DNA of 64,000 bases from Gekko japonicus. Its lineage: Eukaryota. This document shows, piece after piece, positions 23,038 to 34,540 of this stretch. The notes beneath the pieces are model-generated. The model did no database searches. It saw only the letters and a program-made list of their open reading frames with translations, and was not told where the DNA came from. Positions within the stretch are counted from its first letter, which is position 1; each line of letters starts with the position of its first letter. The stretch lies in the NCBI RefSeq assembly GCF_001447785.1, contig NW_015175443.1, positions 14,976 to 78,975 on the forward strand, in the 5' to 3' direction. Both the position numbers and the translations under genes were made by a program.

Positions 23038-25394
23038 CTGCCCAGCAGCATTCGGGACCAGATCCTTCCCACTCTCGGACAAAACAGGAATGTTGGGGCT
23101 GAACACCATGAGGTCACTCTTGGCACCAGCATCCCCACTCACCCCTGCCAGGATGTGGCTGTGGCGATTGGAATACGACCAGCTGCCCACTTCACTGGCA
23201 CACACCAGCGTGGCTGTGCCAGGACCATACATCATTGCCTCCTTGGCCTGGCTCTGGCATCGCAGTGCCACATACACGAGGATCACCAGCAGGAACAAGC
23301 TGGACACTGCGCAGATGGCGATGATCAGATAGAGATTGGCGGTGTCTGCCAGGGGCTTTGCATTCCCAACTGTCCTAGAGAGGCGGGCATCAGTCTGGGC
23401 AGCCTGGGCACTGGCCACCAGTGACACGCTGAAGGTAGCTGTGGTTGACAGTACTGGCTTGCCATGATCCTTCACCAGAACCAGCAGGCTCTCACTGTTA
23501 CCGCCTTCTGCCTCCTCCAGAGTATGTGTGGTACTGATCTCACCACTGTAAAGCCCCACCCGCCATGGGCTACTGGATGCATCATGCAATTCATAGCGAA
23601 GCCAGGCATTGTAGCCAGAGTCAGCATCCAGGGCATGGATCTTGCCCACCACATACCCAGCTGCCACTGGAACCTTCAGCAGAGTGGGGGTATCCTCAGC
23701 TGGACCAGACACTGTGGGTGCATTGTCATTCTCATCCAAAACAAAGACCTGGATGGTCACGTTGCCACACAAGGAGGGCAGCCCAGCATCCTTGGCCCTC
23801 ACCTGGAACTCCAGCAGCTTCACCTCCTCGTAATCCAAGGGCTGCAGGGCATACAGCTTCCCGCTCTCCGAATGCACTGAGATGTAGCTCGACAGCGGCC
23901 AGAGCTTCTCATCCAGCCAGTAGCTGACCAAGGCATTCTCCGCCACATCTGGGTCTGAGGCGGACACTGTGAAGATATGAGCACCAGGTGGGTTGTTCTC
24001 CTTTACAAAAATGGTGTAGGAGGGCTGTGCAAAAGTGGGTGCGTTGTCGTTCACATCACTATTGGCACCACCAGGCTGCTGGTGTCTGACAGTGGAGGGT
24101 CCCCTTGGTCTAGTGCTGTCAGCACCAAACTGTACTCGGCCACCTGCTCCCGGTCCAGTGGCTCAGCCAGTACGAGTGAGTAATAATTCTTGAAGGTGGA
24201 TGTCAGCTTGAAAGGAAGCTCAGAGGGCCACATCGAGCAGGTCACTTGCCCATTGGCCCTAGAGTCCCTGTCTGAGATACTGATGAGGGCCACCACTGTC
24301 CCCGGTGGAGAGTTCTCAGGCACAGGCACTGACAGGGAGGATACTGCCACTTCTGGTGCATTGTCATTCATGTCCAGTACTTCAATGAGAACTTTGCAAT
24401 GTCCAGACAAAGGGAAGTTCCCCTTGTCTTCTGCCACAATTTGAAGATTATACAAATTAACATCCTCAAAATCCACTTTGCCAAACACTCTAAGTTCCCC
24501 AGTGTTGGAATTGATGCTAAACACCTTAGTGAAACTTGATGGTACGTTATTACTAAAGTAATAGGAGATTTCCTTATTAATTCCTTCATCTAAATCAGTA
24601 GCATTCAGTTTAATAACCAATGTCCCATTGGCTGCATTTTCCACTAATTTTACCCTGTAAACAGACTGGTTAAAGACAGGGGGGTTGTCGTTTGCATCCA
24701 GCACACTGATCACCAGCTGGACTGTGCCCGAGAGCTGTGGCTTGCCTCCGTCAGTGGCTGTGAGCAATAAACGATGCAGAGGGTCTTTTTCCCTGTCTAG
24801 TGGAGCTTTTAATACAAGTACTGGTGATTTGCTCTGGTCCTCTTCACTTCCTAAATCCAGAATGAAGTAATCATTTGGGCTGAGTTTGTAGGTTATCAGG
24901 GCATTGGCATCTATGTCTGCATCAGAGGCACTAGGTAGTAAGAAACGATAACCTGGCAACCTAGATTCTGAAATGGCCAGAATCTGTTCATGTACTGAAA
25001 AGACAGGAGCATTGTCATTTATGTCCTTGATCTCCACCTCCACATGGAAGACCCTCAGGGGTTTATCCACAATCACCTCCAGGTGAATGGCACAATCCAT
25101 GTTCTCGGCACACAGCTCTTCCCTGTCTAGCCTGGAATTAACAAACAGAATCCCATTCTGCACATTTACCTGAAAATGCTCCTCCTGTCCCTTGGAGACC
25201 ATCCGGAACATCCGAGGCACCAGCTCACTCACCTCCAGCCCCAGGTCTTGGGCGATGCGGCCCACAAAGGTGCCGTGCTGGGATTCCTCAGGCACGGAAT
25301 AATGGAGCTGGCCGCTCCCCACCTCCCAGGCTGTGTGGAGGAGAATCAGCTGCAGCAGCCGCTTTGCCCCATCATCCTTCTGCCAAGCAACCAT
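23038..25394 (-). pseudogene. PCDHA: Protocadherin-alpha variable exon V3 with a 1-bp frameshift at the EC4/EC5 boundary
   Basis: ATG 25394 to donor CAG|GTGAGT at 23038 spans 2357 bp, one less than V2. CACATCACT-ATTGG at 24060/24061 versus CACATCACTGATTGG in V1, V2 and V4. Split ORFs 24051..25457 and 23014..24054. Confidence 0.85.
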
Positions 25395-25609
25395 GGCAAG
25401 CTCACACCCAAAGCCCCAACCGTCTTGGCTGTTCTTAGGACTCTCCTTCCCATCCACGTCGGTCTTTCCAAAATCAGTGGAATTATTTCCTATTGTGTTG
25501 CATCCCTTGTGTGCTCTGTTCCTATTGCAGATTAGACAGGCTGGCTTTTCAGTCCCTCCCAGGGAGGAGCTCCTTGTTTTCAGTCGTCCTTAAATATTCC
25601 CTTAGACAA

Positions 25610-25626
25610 CAGTGACCCCTTGTGAC
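25610..25626 (-). promoter_or_regulatory. CSE / CTCF site of V3
   Basis: Identical motif, 216 bp upstream of the ATG. Confidence 0.75.
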
Positions 25627-25892
25627 GGAATTTTGAAATGGAGAAACAGTTTCAAAAGGAATGGTTCTTCTAATCACTTCTTTGCATTTGTTTTCATACT
25701 GCTATTTTGAGAGCATTGCATTTATATGTCTCTGTCTCCCTGAGAGCCTACAATATCTTTTTCCTTGGCTATAATGAACAGGAGTCCTGTGGCACCTTAA
25801 CAATTTACAACATTTTATTCCAGCAGGAGCATCCATGGACAGATCATTAGAGACAAGGAGTTTTATTTTTCCTGGGCTAGATTACTCTTTGA

Positions 25893-26232
25893 GGGGCCAC
25901 AGTGGCTCAGAGGTTAAGACGCTGAGCTGCAAACTGGAAGGTCTGTAGTTTGGCAGTTGGAGACCCTAGTGCTGCATGACGGAGCGAGTTTCCATCTCTG
26001 GCCCCAGCTCCTGCCAACCTAGCAGTTCGAAAGCAATAAATTCCAAGTAGATAAATAGGTACCGCTTGGGTGGGAAGGTAACAGTGTTCCATGCACCTCA
26101 GCGTTTAATCATGCTGGCCACATGACCACAGAGAAGTCTTTGGACAGCGCTGGGTGTTTGGCTTGGAAACGGAGATGAGCATCGCCCCCTAGAGTTGGAT
26201 TCTACTTGTTTTCAAACAAGGGAAACCTTTAC
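25893..26232 (+). mobile_element. Sauria SINE (older, diverged copy)
   Basis: Family homology, ACCTTTACC tail, imperfect TSD CTAGAT(T)ACTCTT; empty site at ~16340. Confidence 0.8.
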
Positions 26233-27654
26233 CTAGATACTCTTCATGAATTCATCTTAGCTTACTTGGATCTATCTTAGCTTCTTGTTCAACGTGGGCC
26301 ACTTCACACATTATGTTTCACCAAAGCTTCCACCAAATATTATTTCAATATATAACAGGTGAATCTGACTTACATATTCGTACATTTCTGTATCCTACCA
26401 GGGAGCCAGGTTTTGCTTGGTATTCCAATCAAGTGTAAAGTCCAGTGAGTTTGTGTTCATGTAATGCCTGAAACAGTCCTTCATTGTTCCACGTCCTTTA
26501 TGATAAGCACTATGTTGCTGTTGTACCCATTCTAACATTAGACACTCTATTTCAGAAAATACAATCTGCAGGGCTGGCTCCAGGTTTGGGGGGGAGGGAG
26601 CAAGCAACCTGTAATGACCCCCTTCATTCCCTCATTAATACTGCTCCTGCACTAGCATTCATTCCACCTCCATTCCTCAGCTAGAAAGCTCGTTTGCCAC
26701 ACATAGTTTGTAGATATCAGGTGGGAACACTGGGAATGGGAGATCACCCCAGCATCAATCTCCGGAAGGGGAGGCACCTGCCAGCAATAGAGGGTAACTT
26801 CCTTGTGCTCTTTTTGGTCTTGTTAGCCCCAGTCATCTTGAATTGAGTTCTGCCCTTCCTGAGTTACACTCTGCTCTCTCTGAGTACCTCTCCCTCCCAG
26901 AAATAGGAGATCACACCAGTAGCACCCACGTCTATGGGGCAATTTCCTATTTCCCAACAGGATGTATGTTTTGCTTGCCTGCTGTTGCCTGGTACTCCTG
27001 TTTCTGGGAATGGGAAGATCCAACTGCTGCCCCTACACCATGGTAGGGGCCTCCATTCCCTAATGGAAGGTGCACCCATCAGCCAAGAGAACAGCGTGCA
27101 TTGTTCCTGAAAGAAAGCATGGCCACAACCACAGCTTTCTCAGGGAATAGCAGGAGGTTTGAAGTCATGCTCTCCCCAGCATCTCTAGATAGTAGTGGGC
27201 CCTCTGAGCATTTGTGGGCCAATCTATGGCATCTCACCATGCGGACAGATGATGCTGGACTTTTTCATATGGCATTTTCCTTTGCATGTCTTCTGGAGGA
27301 ACAGACAGTATTGCTTGCATAATACAGCCATCAATTGCCTTGTCTGTTTGCTTGTTTCCTCATTCTCACTTTTTTATTTATTTAAAATATTTCTATGCCA
27401 CCTTTCCACCTAATTCAGGGCCCCCAAGTCAGCAAACATTAAAATAAAGCATTAAAATATTTCAGACATTACAAGCATTTAAAATACAAAGATATATACA
27501 ATACTTCAAACAATTAAGAACATAATATAAACTTAAACACATAAAAACACAGTGACAGGGAGGATGGCCAATAGCAGTTCTTGGGGGTACCCCAAACAAA
27601 ACAAAACAAAAATCTTCATCTGCTGAGAGAAGACAACAGAGGGAGACAGATGAT

Positions 27655-27863
27655 CAATGTTCCCTCTAAGCTGTGGAGTCTTGTGAGCAAAAATTCAACT
27701 TTGTGAGCTGCTGGCATTAAAGTTGTGAGTGAGCGATTTGGCTACTGCATAAATTAGTTTGCTCTGGAGCCATCCTTCCTGAGCTAAGACAAAAATGTGT
27801 GAGCTGGAGGATTAAAAAAACCTGTGAGCTAGCTCACACTAACTCAGCTTAGAGGGAACACTG
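27655..27863. mobile_element. hAT-type MITE
   Basis: TIRs CAATGTTCCCTCTAAGCTG/CAGCTTAGAGGGAACACTG; 8-bp TSD (C/T)AGATGAT. Confidence 0.82.
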
Positions 27864-29062
27864 TAGATGATTATCCCAGGGGAGGGAGTTCCAAAGTTTT
27901 GGCACCATGACCAAGAAGGCATTTCTTGGGTTGCTACCCATCTAGCCTCCCAAAGCAGGACCTGTGAAGATGACCTGACTGGCTGAGGAGGTTCATACGG
28001 GAATAGCCAGTCATATGTGTCTAATCTCTCCTTATATATAATTGAGTTTTGATCCCACAACGTTCTATGCACCCCAAAATCAGTTGGCTCCATGATGTGT
28101 CAATCACAAGGTGTCTCTATCCACTGGCTGTGTTGCCTGAGTTCTCTCCCACCCACTGCAGCCTAGACCACTCTTCTCTGATTGGGCCAGCGTTTCAAGG
28201 TCATTTGCATATAGAAGCTGATTGGACTTCACTCCATTCCGCACCTCAAACTCCCCCCCCCCAGCCGCGAGACAGTTGGAACTGTCAGTTGCATATGGGA
28301 CCTGGTGTATTCTGAGGTAAAATATGTCCTCACTCACAACACATCACTTCCCCTCCAAAAGAAACAAACCCAATAACACAGTCATGCCACCCCACAAAAA
28401 AGACAGCTCACACCACAAGCAGAATACCACAAGGCAAAAAATGATAGGAAAAGGTGCCAGCAGTCACCCCATTACTGCCACAGGCAGTCAGGGCTTCAGA
28501 GCATGGTGGGGGCTGCTGGTGGTGGGGGAGATGGAAAGCTGATCAATGAGGGGAAAATGTAGGTTGATGCTTGGCTGGGAAGTAGATAGGGTTGCCAACT
28601 CCAGATGGGGAAATCCTGGAGATTTGAGAGATGGAGCCTGGAGAGGGTGAGGTTTGAGGAGGAGTGGGGCCTCAGACAGGTACAATGCCACGGACTCTGC
28701 CCTCAACCAGCCATTCCGTAATGGGGTACCACTGTTGCCAATCTCCAGGTGGGGGCTGGAGATCAGTCAGAATTACAACTGCTCTCCAGATGGCATTGAT
28801 CCATTCCCCTGGAGAAAATGGTGGAATCTGTGTCCTTATACCATGCTGAGGTTGCCATGGCAAATTGATTCTGAGCCCCCAAGGCCGGGGCACTCTCCCA
28901 GAGTCCCTTTCTAGCACTCATTGTATTTATTTCCACAATGGGCCTTATTCTTAGTAGAAATTTTGAGGGTTTTGAAATACCATCTTCTCAAAAGAGTAAC
29001 TCATCTCCAAATTCCTACATTTTGAATAGTCTAAAAACATTATTCAGAGGGAAGGAGGCAAG

Positions 29063-29231
29063 GTATAGCTCAGTCTCATCAGTTCTCGGATGCTTAGCAG
29101 GGTCGATAACTGGGTGGGAGACCCCCAAGGAAGACTCTGCAGAGGAAGGCAATGGCAAACCACCTCTGCTTCTCACTTGCCTTGAAAGCCCCTTGATGGG
29201 GTCACCATGAGTCAGTTGCGAGTTGAGAGCA
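29063..29231 (+). mobile_element. 5S rRNA-derived SINE (5S-Sauria-like)
   Basis: Head TCTCATCAGTTCTCGGATGCTTAGCAGGGTCG...GGGAGAC resembles 5S rRNA; Bov-B-like tail GGGGTCACCATGAGTCAGTTGCGA. Confidence 0.7.
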
Positions 29232-29232
29232 C

Positions 29233-31080
29233 ATGTGTATATGTGTTAAGTGCACTTCTGATTGTGGTGCCCCTATGAATTAAATTTCTCCAAAACATCC
29301 TATCATTAACAGCCAATCTCAGGTCTTGCAAAGTGAGGGTCGTGGCTTCTTTTATTGAGTCAATCCATCTCATGTTGTATCTTCCTCTTTTCCTGCTGCC
29401 TTCAACTTTTCCTAGCATTATTGACTTTTCCAGTGACTCTTGTCATCTCATAATGTGACCTAAGTACAAGAGCTTCAGTTTAGTCATTTTCGCTTCTAGG
29501 GAGAATTCAGACTTGATTTGGTCTAAGACCCATTTATTTGTTTTTTTGATGGCCCATGGTATCCATTAAACTCTTCTCCAACACCACATTTCAGATGAAT
29601 CTACTTTCTTCTTGTCAGCTTTCTTCACTGTCCAACTTTCACGCCCATATATAGTAATGGAGAATACTATGATATGAATCATCTTTATCTTGGTCGCCAG
29701 TGACACATCCTGACATTTAAGAATCTTTTCTAGCTCTTTTATGGCTGCCTTTCCCAGTCTCAATCTCCTTCAGATTTCTGAGGTGCAGTCTCCCCTTTGG
29801 TTGATGATAGAGCCAAGGAATAGAAAATATTGAACAATTTCAATTTCTTCATTATCAACCTTAAAGTTGTATAATTTCCAGTAGACATTACTTTTGTCTT
29901 CTTGATGTTTAGATGCAATCCTGCTTTGGTACTTCCTGCTTTACCCTTCAGCAGTAGAAGGTCAAGTCTTCATTATTTTCTGCCATTAATGTGATGTCAT
30001 CTGCATATCTCAAATTGTTGGTTCCTTCCACCAATTTTCACCCCACCTCCATCTAAAGCTAATCCAGCTTTCCTTATGATATGTACTGCATAAAGATTGA
30101 AGAGATATGGTGATAAAATGCATCCTTGTCTGACACCTTCACCAAGTGGAAACCATTTTGTTTCTCCATATTATATCCTGACAGTAGCCTCTTGTCCAGC
30201 GTACAGGTTGTGCATCAAAACAATCAGATGGTGTGGCACACCCATCTCTTTTAAAACCAACCATAGCTTTAATGAACCACACAGTCAAAAGCTTTGCTGT
30301 AATCTATGAAACACAAGCTGATTTTCTTCTGAAATTCTCTGATATGATCCAGTAACCAACATAAATTTGCATTTGCATTTGCATAAATATGATCTCTAGT
30401 GCCTCTTTGTTTTCTGAATCCAGCTTGAACATCTGTCATTTCTCATTCCATATATGGTAACAGTACGATTTTGAGCAAGCGTCACTTTACTCACATGATA
30501 AATTAATGCAATGATTCCAGAGTTGCTGCAGTCTTCAATTTCTCCTTTTTTGGGAACCGGAATGTAGATTGAGCACTTCCAGACTGTGGACCATTGTTCT
30601 GTTTTCTGTATTTATTGACATATTCTTGTTAAGATTTTGATGGACTCCATTTCTGTGGCTTGAAATAGCTCTTTTGCTGTTCCATCTACTCATGGTGATT
30701 TGTTTCTCCTAATTGCTTGAGTGCAGCTTTCACCTCACTTTTGAAAACTGTAGGCTTGTCTTCAAAAGAGTCTTCTTTGAAGGAATCTGTCATCCTTTCA
30801 TCTCTTCTGTATAGCTTTTCAGTGTATTGTTCCCATCTTTTCTTTATTTTGTCCTGTTCAGTTAATGTATTTCTATGTTGATCTTTCAGCATGCTTAATC
30901 ATGCTTTAACTTTCCCTTTGATTTTTTGGATCTTGTGGAACAGGTTTCTTATTCTTCTTTTTTGTTGTTCTCTTTACTTACACTGGTTATGATAAGAGTT
31001 CTCTTTGTCTCTGTGTGAAAGTTGCTGTAACGCTGCATTTAAACTTCTGATTCTATTTCTGTCACCTTTTTACTTTTGCT
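29233..31080 (-). mobile_element. RTE/Bov-B-like LINE, degenerate RT-containing 3' part
   Basis: Fragments LGKVEGSRKRGR..RWIDSIKE, ITIYGRESWTVKKADKKKVDSSEMWCWRR, KKRWEQYTEKLY. Confidence 0.85.
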
Positions 31081-31099
31081 TCTCTCCATTATTTTACCA

Positions 31100-33490
31100 A
31101 TACAGGGGTCTCAATGTACTTGAGGGATTTTCCAGCTATGCAGAAAAATGTGGTGTCAGAAATTAACAAAAAGAAATTACCTAACCAAGAAATAACATTG
31201 TGAAGACTGAAAATGCTTCAGGAACATGGAATGTTGAGAGCAGCTAAGTATCATTTTAAAGGGGGTGAGGGTAGGAAAAATCAATCTGCTCAAGCCCCTG
31301 AGAACCTCTAGAATCCTGCTGGAAGAGATTGCAAGGGGCAAGTGCAGGCTTTCCAAACTGCTCCCCCTCCCATGATTCCTTGCAAGTTTCCAGATAGTAA
31401 TAACCTAAAATTTGATTTTTGTCTTCTGCAATTTACATTATTAAAATCTTATGCTCAGTGTCTAGAGTGATATTTATCTAACAAATCTTTCACTGGTTTG
31501 AGGATTAATATACTTTTACTGCATTTATATGATATGCATATGAATTCACTGGCCTTGAATTAATTGATCTTTTATATTTTACTCTGGCCATCTGGTCCCA
31601 AAACTCTGTATGATTTCAGTATTTATTTATTTTTTGCCTTCTCATTTCCTAGTAAGTCTATTTCATGTTTTGAATTTATCAGTAATCTATTTTATGTTCT
31701 GAGCACATTAAACTGCTTTATACTGAATTAGATAATTGGTCTATCAATATCAGTACTATCAACTTTGAGTGACAGCAGCTCTCTGAGATTTCAGGTAGAA
31801 GCTTTACACTTTACCTGCTACCCAATACGTACACTAGAGATGTTGAATATAGAGCCTGGGACTTTCTGTATGCAAAGCAAGTTGTCTACCACTGATCATT
31901 TTGTGCTCTTATGATACAGCTGAAAATTATCATTTATTTATAAAGTCCGTAATGTTCTCCATTTTAGGATAGCTATGCATAATAGGTCTTCTGCTTTTTT
32001 TCTCTGGTGGTTGTATATTTATCTCCATCTATTATAAATGATAATATGTTTGTATTTTGGTTCTACAATAAATAATCTAGCAAGAGATCTTCTTGGCTCA
32101 TCTCTATATCTGAATAGCTGTTGCTGAGATTATGTGTGATTTTACAAACTCTCTTTAATTTATTCATTGCATTGTCTAACTGCCTCTCAATTTACAAATT
32201 CATATTTCTTTGTATATCAGGGAGTCCCCCAATACCATGGAGTCCCCTATGGGTGGCCTAATTTTGCTGCTTTCATTAACCAATCAAGGATCAGCCAGTT
32301 TACTATTAGAAATAGGAATATATACATATTCACAAACGCACATGGACATACTAGGCAATGTAAGAAAAATGTTAATAAACTAAAAAAATATTAATCTCAG
32401 ATATTTACCATATGTACTTTTTATATCTAAATTTTATAAATGGCAAGAAGGCATTTGACAGAATAGAATACCCTTTCATGAAAGAAGCAGTGAAAGCATG
32501 AGACTTAGCCAATGGGCTTAGACTGGAGTAGTTTGCATAGGACTGCACCACAAGAGTCCTTTCTTAATAAACAGCTACCATGAAGTAGTTTGGCTCAGCA
32601 TGAGACCACAGGATGGGGAGAGGAGTACTTTTTCTCCTGTACCATTTTCCTGACCGACAATGATCCTGTTGAACTGTAGAACTGGAAGATAATAGCTTGC
32701 CTTTCTTTGGTTGTGGTCACACATGTGAGATAACACGGGGGGAAGCGAGGCTATTTGCTCTGTAGGAATTTGACCCACAGTTGCGCGATCACACAGTCCC
32801 TGGGAGCTGCGGGGGCAGCCCGCCACTGCATGATCAGATGCAACTGTGGGTGAATCGGGGGGGTTTGCCATGTGTTTCCAGTGTGCTTCAACAGGGAATC
32901 GATGATTTGCATCTCCACACTGAGTGTTCCCTATGCAGTGTACGATGATGTGCATACTGAAATGGGGGGGGACAATGGCATGGAGTTGGGATGGCCCGAT
33001 CAGATCTGATCAGGCCATCAGACCATCCTGACGCCATGAGAGTGTGCTGGCACGATCACACAGGGAAAGTCCATTCCTGGCCCGTAGCAAACCCATTTGC
33101 TACCGGACTTTCCCTAGTGTTTTTTTTTTTACTCCGCTTCTGCAGCAGAGCAAAACGGGTTGGCAATGGGTGCGGGACACTTCCCAGATGTTTGCATCTG
33201 ACCACACCCTTAAAACCTCCCCGGCATTCGCGCATATGGCACGGCTAATTCTGCGTCTGAGCGCACCCTTTATATCCCAAACCCTGTTTCACATCATCAC
33301 AAAAACACTCATACCACACAAATCCATATACTGTGATATGGTATGTGTATCCAGTTACAGCCTGGCAAGGCTGTCTAAGATGCACCCCAAAAGACCTTTG
33401 CCAGGAAATCAACAAATTCAATCAATAAGCCACAAGCCATTGCACAATTCTCCTGCAACTGGAGGAAAGTGATCCCTACATGACAAAGAG
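31100..33490. repeat. Intergenic segmental-duplication block, copy C
   Basis: Collinear with ~7380-8760 and ~10190-10640. Confidence 0.8.
32709..33268. mobile_element. Harbinger-like MITE (older)
   Basis: Imperfect TIRs GGTTGTGGTCACAC vs TCTGACCACACCC (~33197) and TCTGAGCGCACCC (end); 3-bp TSD TTT; empty site CCTTTCTTTATACCCC at ~22162. Confidence 0.6.
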
Positions 33491-33539
33491 TGCTGTACAA
33501 AGATTCTAAGGAAACTTATCCATTTAATAAGCGGTGTAT

Positions 33540-34540
33540 TAATTTTTGTAAAATTATTTTAAAAGTCAACTATTTTTAAAAAATTTAAAAGTTTTTATAA
33601 AAAGATAGAATAATAATTAACAGAAAAATAATAAAAAAGGAAGAAGAAAAACAATGTAAAACCAAGGAGGCGTCCGATTTTCTGTGCAGCAAATATAGGT
33701 ATGATTACAAAGTTTTCTCCTACTCTATGGTTACAAAGAAAAGCTCTCTTTTCTCTTGTCTAAATTTTCCCTTATTCATCAAAACCACAAATAATCAAGT
33801 CATTTTTCTCCATCTTATGCAAAAAGTCTATAAGGGGTTTCCAATCAGCAATAAATGTATTTATTGTCATTTCTCTAATAAATTAAGTAAGTTAAGCCAT
33901 CTCTGCCAGTTCCAGCATCTTCACCCACCATTCCTCCATTGTAGGCAATGTCAGACTCTTCCATTTTTGTGCATATAATAACCTTGCTGCCATTGTCATA
34001 TATAGGAACAAAGTTTCCATGACTTATTTCCAGCTGAGTGTCCATTAATCCCAAAAGAAAAGACTCTGGTTTCAATAGTATATTAATCTTTAAAATCTTC
34101 TGAATTAATAACTGTATTTGTATCCAGAATTTTTTGGCTTTCTTACACATCCACCACATATGGTAAAATGTTACTTCATGTTGTTCACATTTTCAACATA
34201 GACTCAAAGCACCTTTATACATTTTGGCCCATTTCTCAAGAGACATATACCAGTGATACCTCATCTTATAAAAGTTTTCTTTACGGCTAAAACTTAGTGT
34301 AAATTTCATCCCTTTTAACCACAAATTTTCCCACTGTTCCATTCATATATCATATCCAAAAATTTTAGCCCATTTTATCAAACATTCTTTCACTTGTTCT
34401 TCTTCTGTCTCATATTTCAACAAAAGTGTGTACATTTTAGCAATAACATGTTCATCATTTGTACAAAATTCTGTTTCAAATTCAGGCTTAGTTTGCTCAA
34501 AATCATGAAGCCTTTTATCTACTTTAAACCTTCCAATGAG
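33540..34540 (-). mobile_element. L1-clade LINE, ORF2 C-terminal/3' end
   Basis: Minus strand HMWWMCKKAKKFW...KPESFLLG (C-terminal Cys/His motif region of L1 ORF2). Confidence 0.75.
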
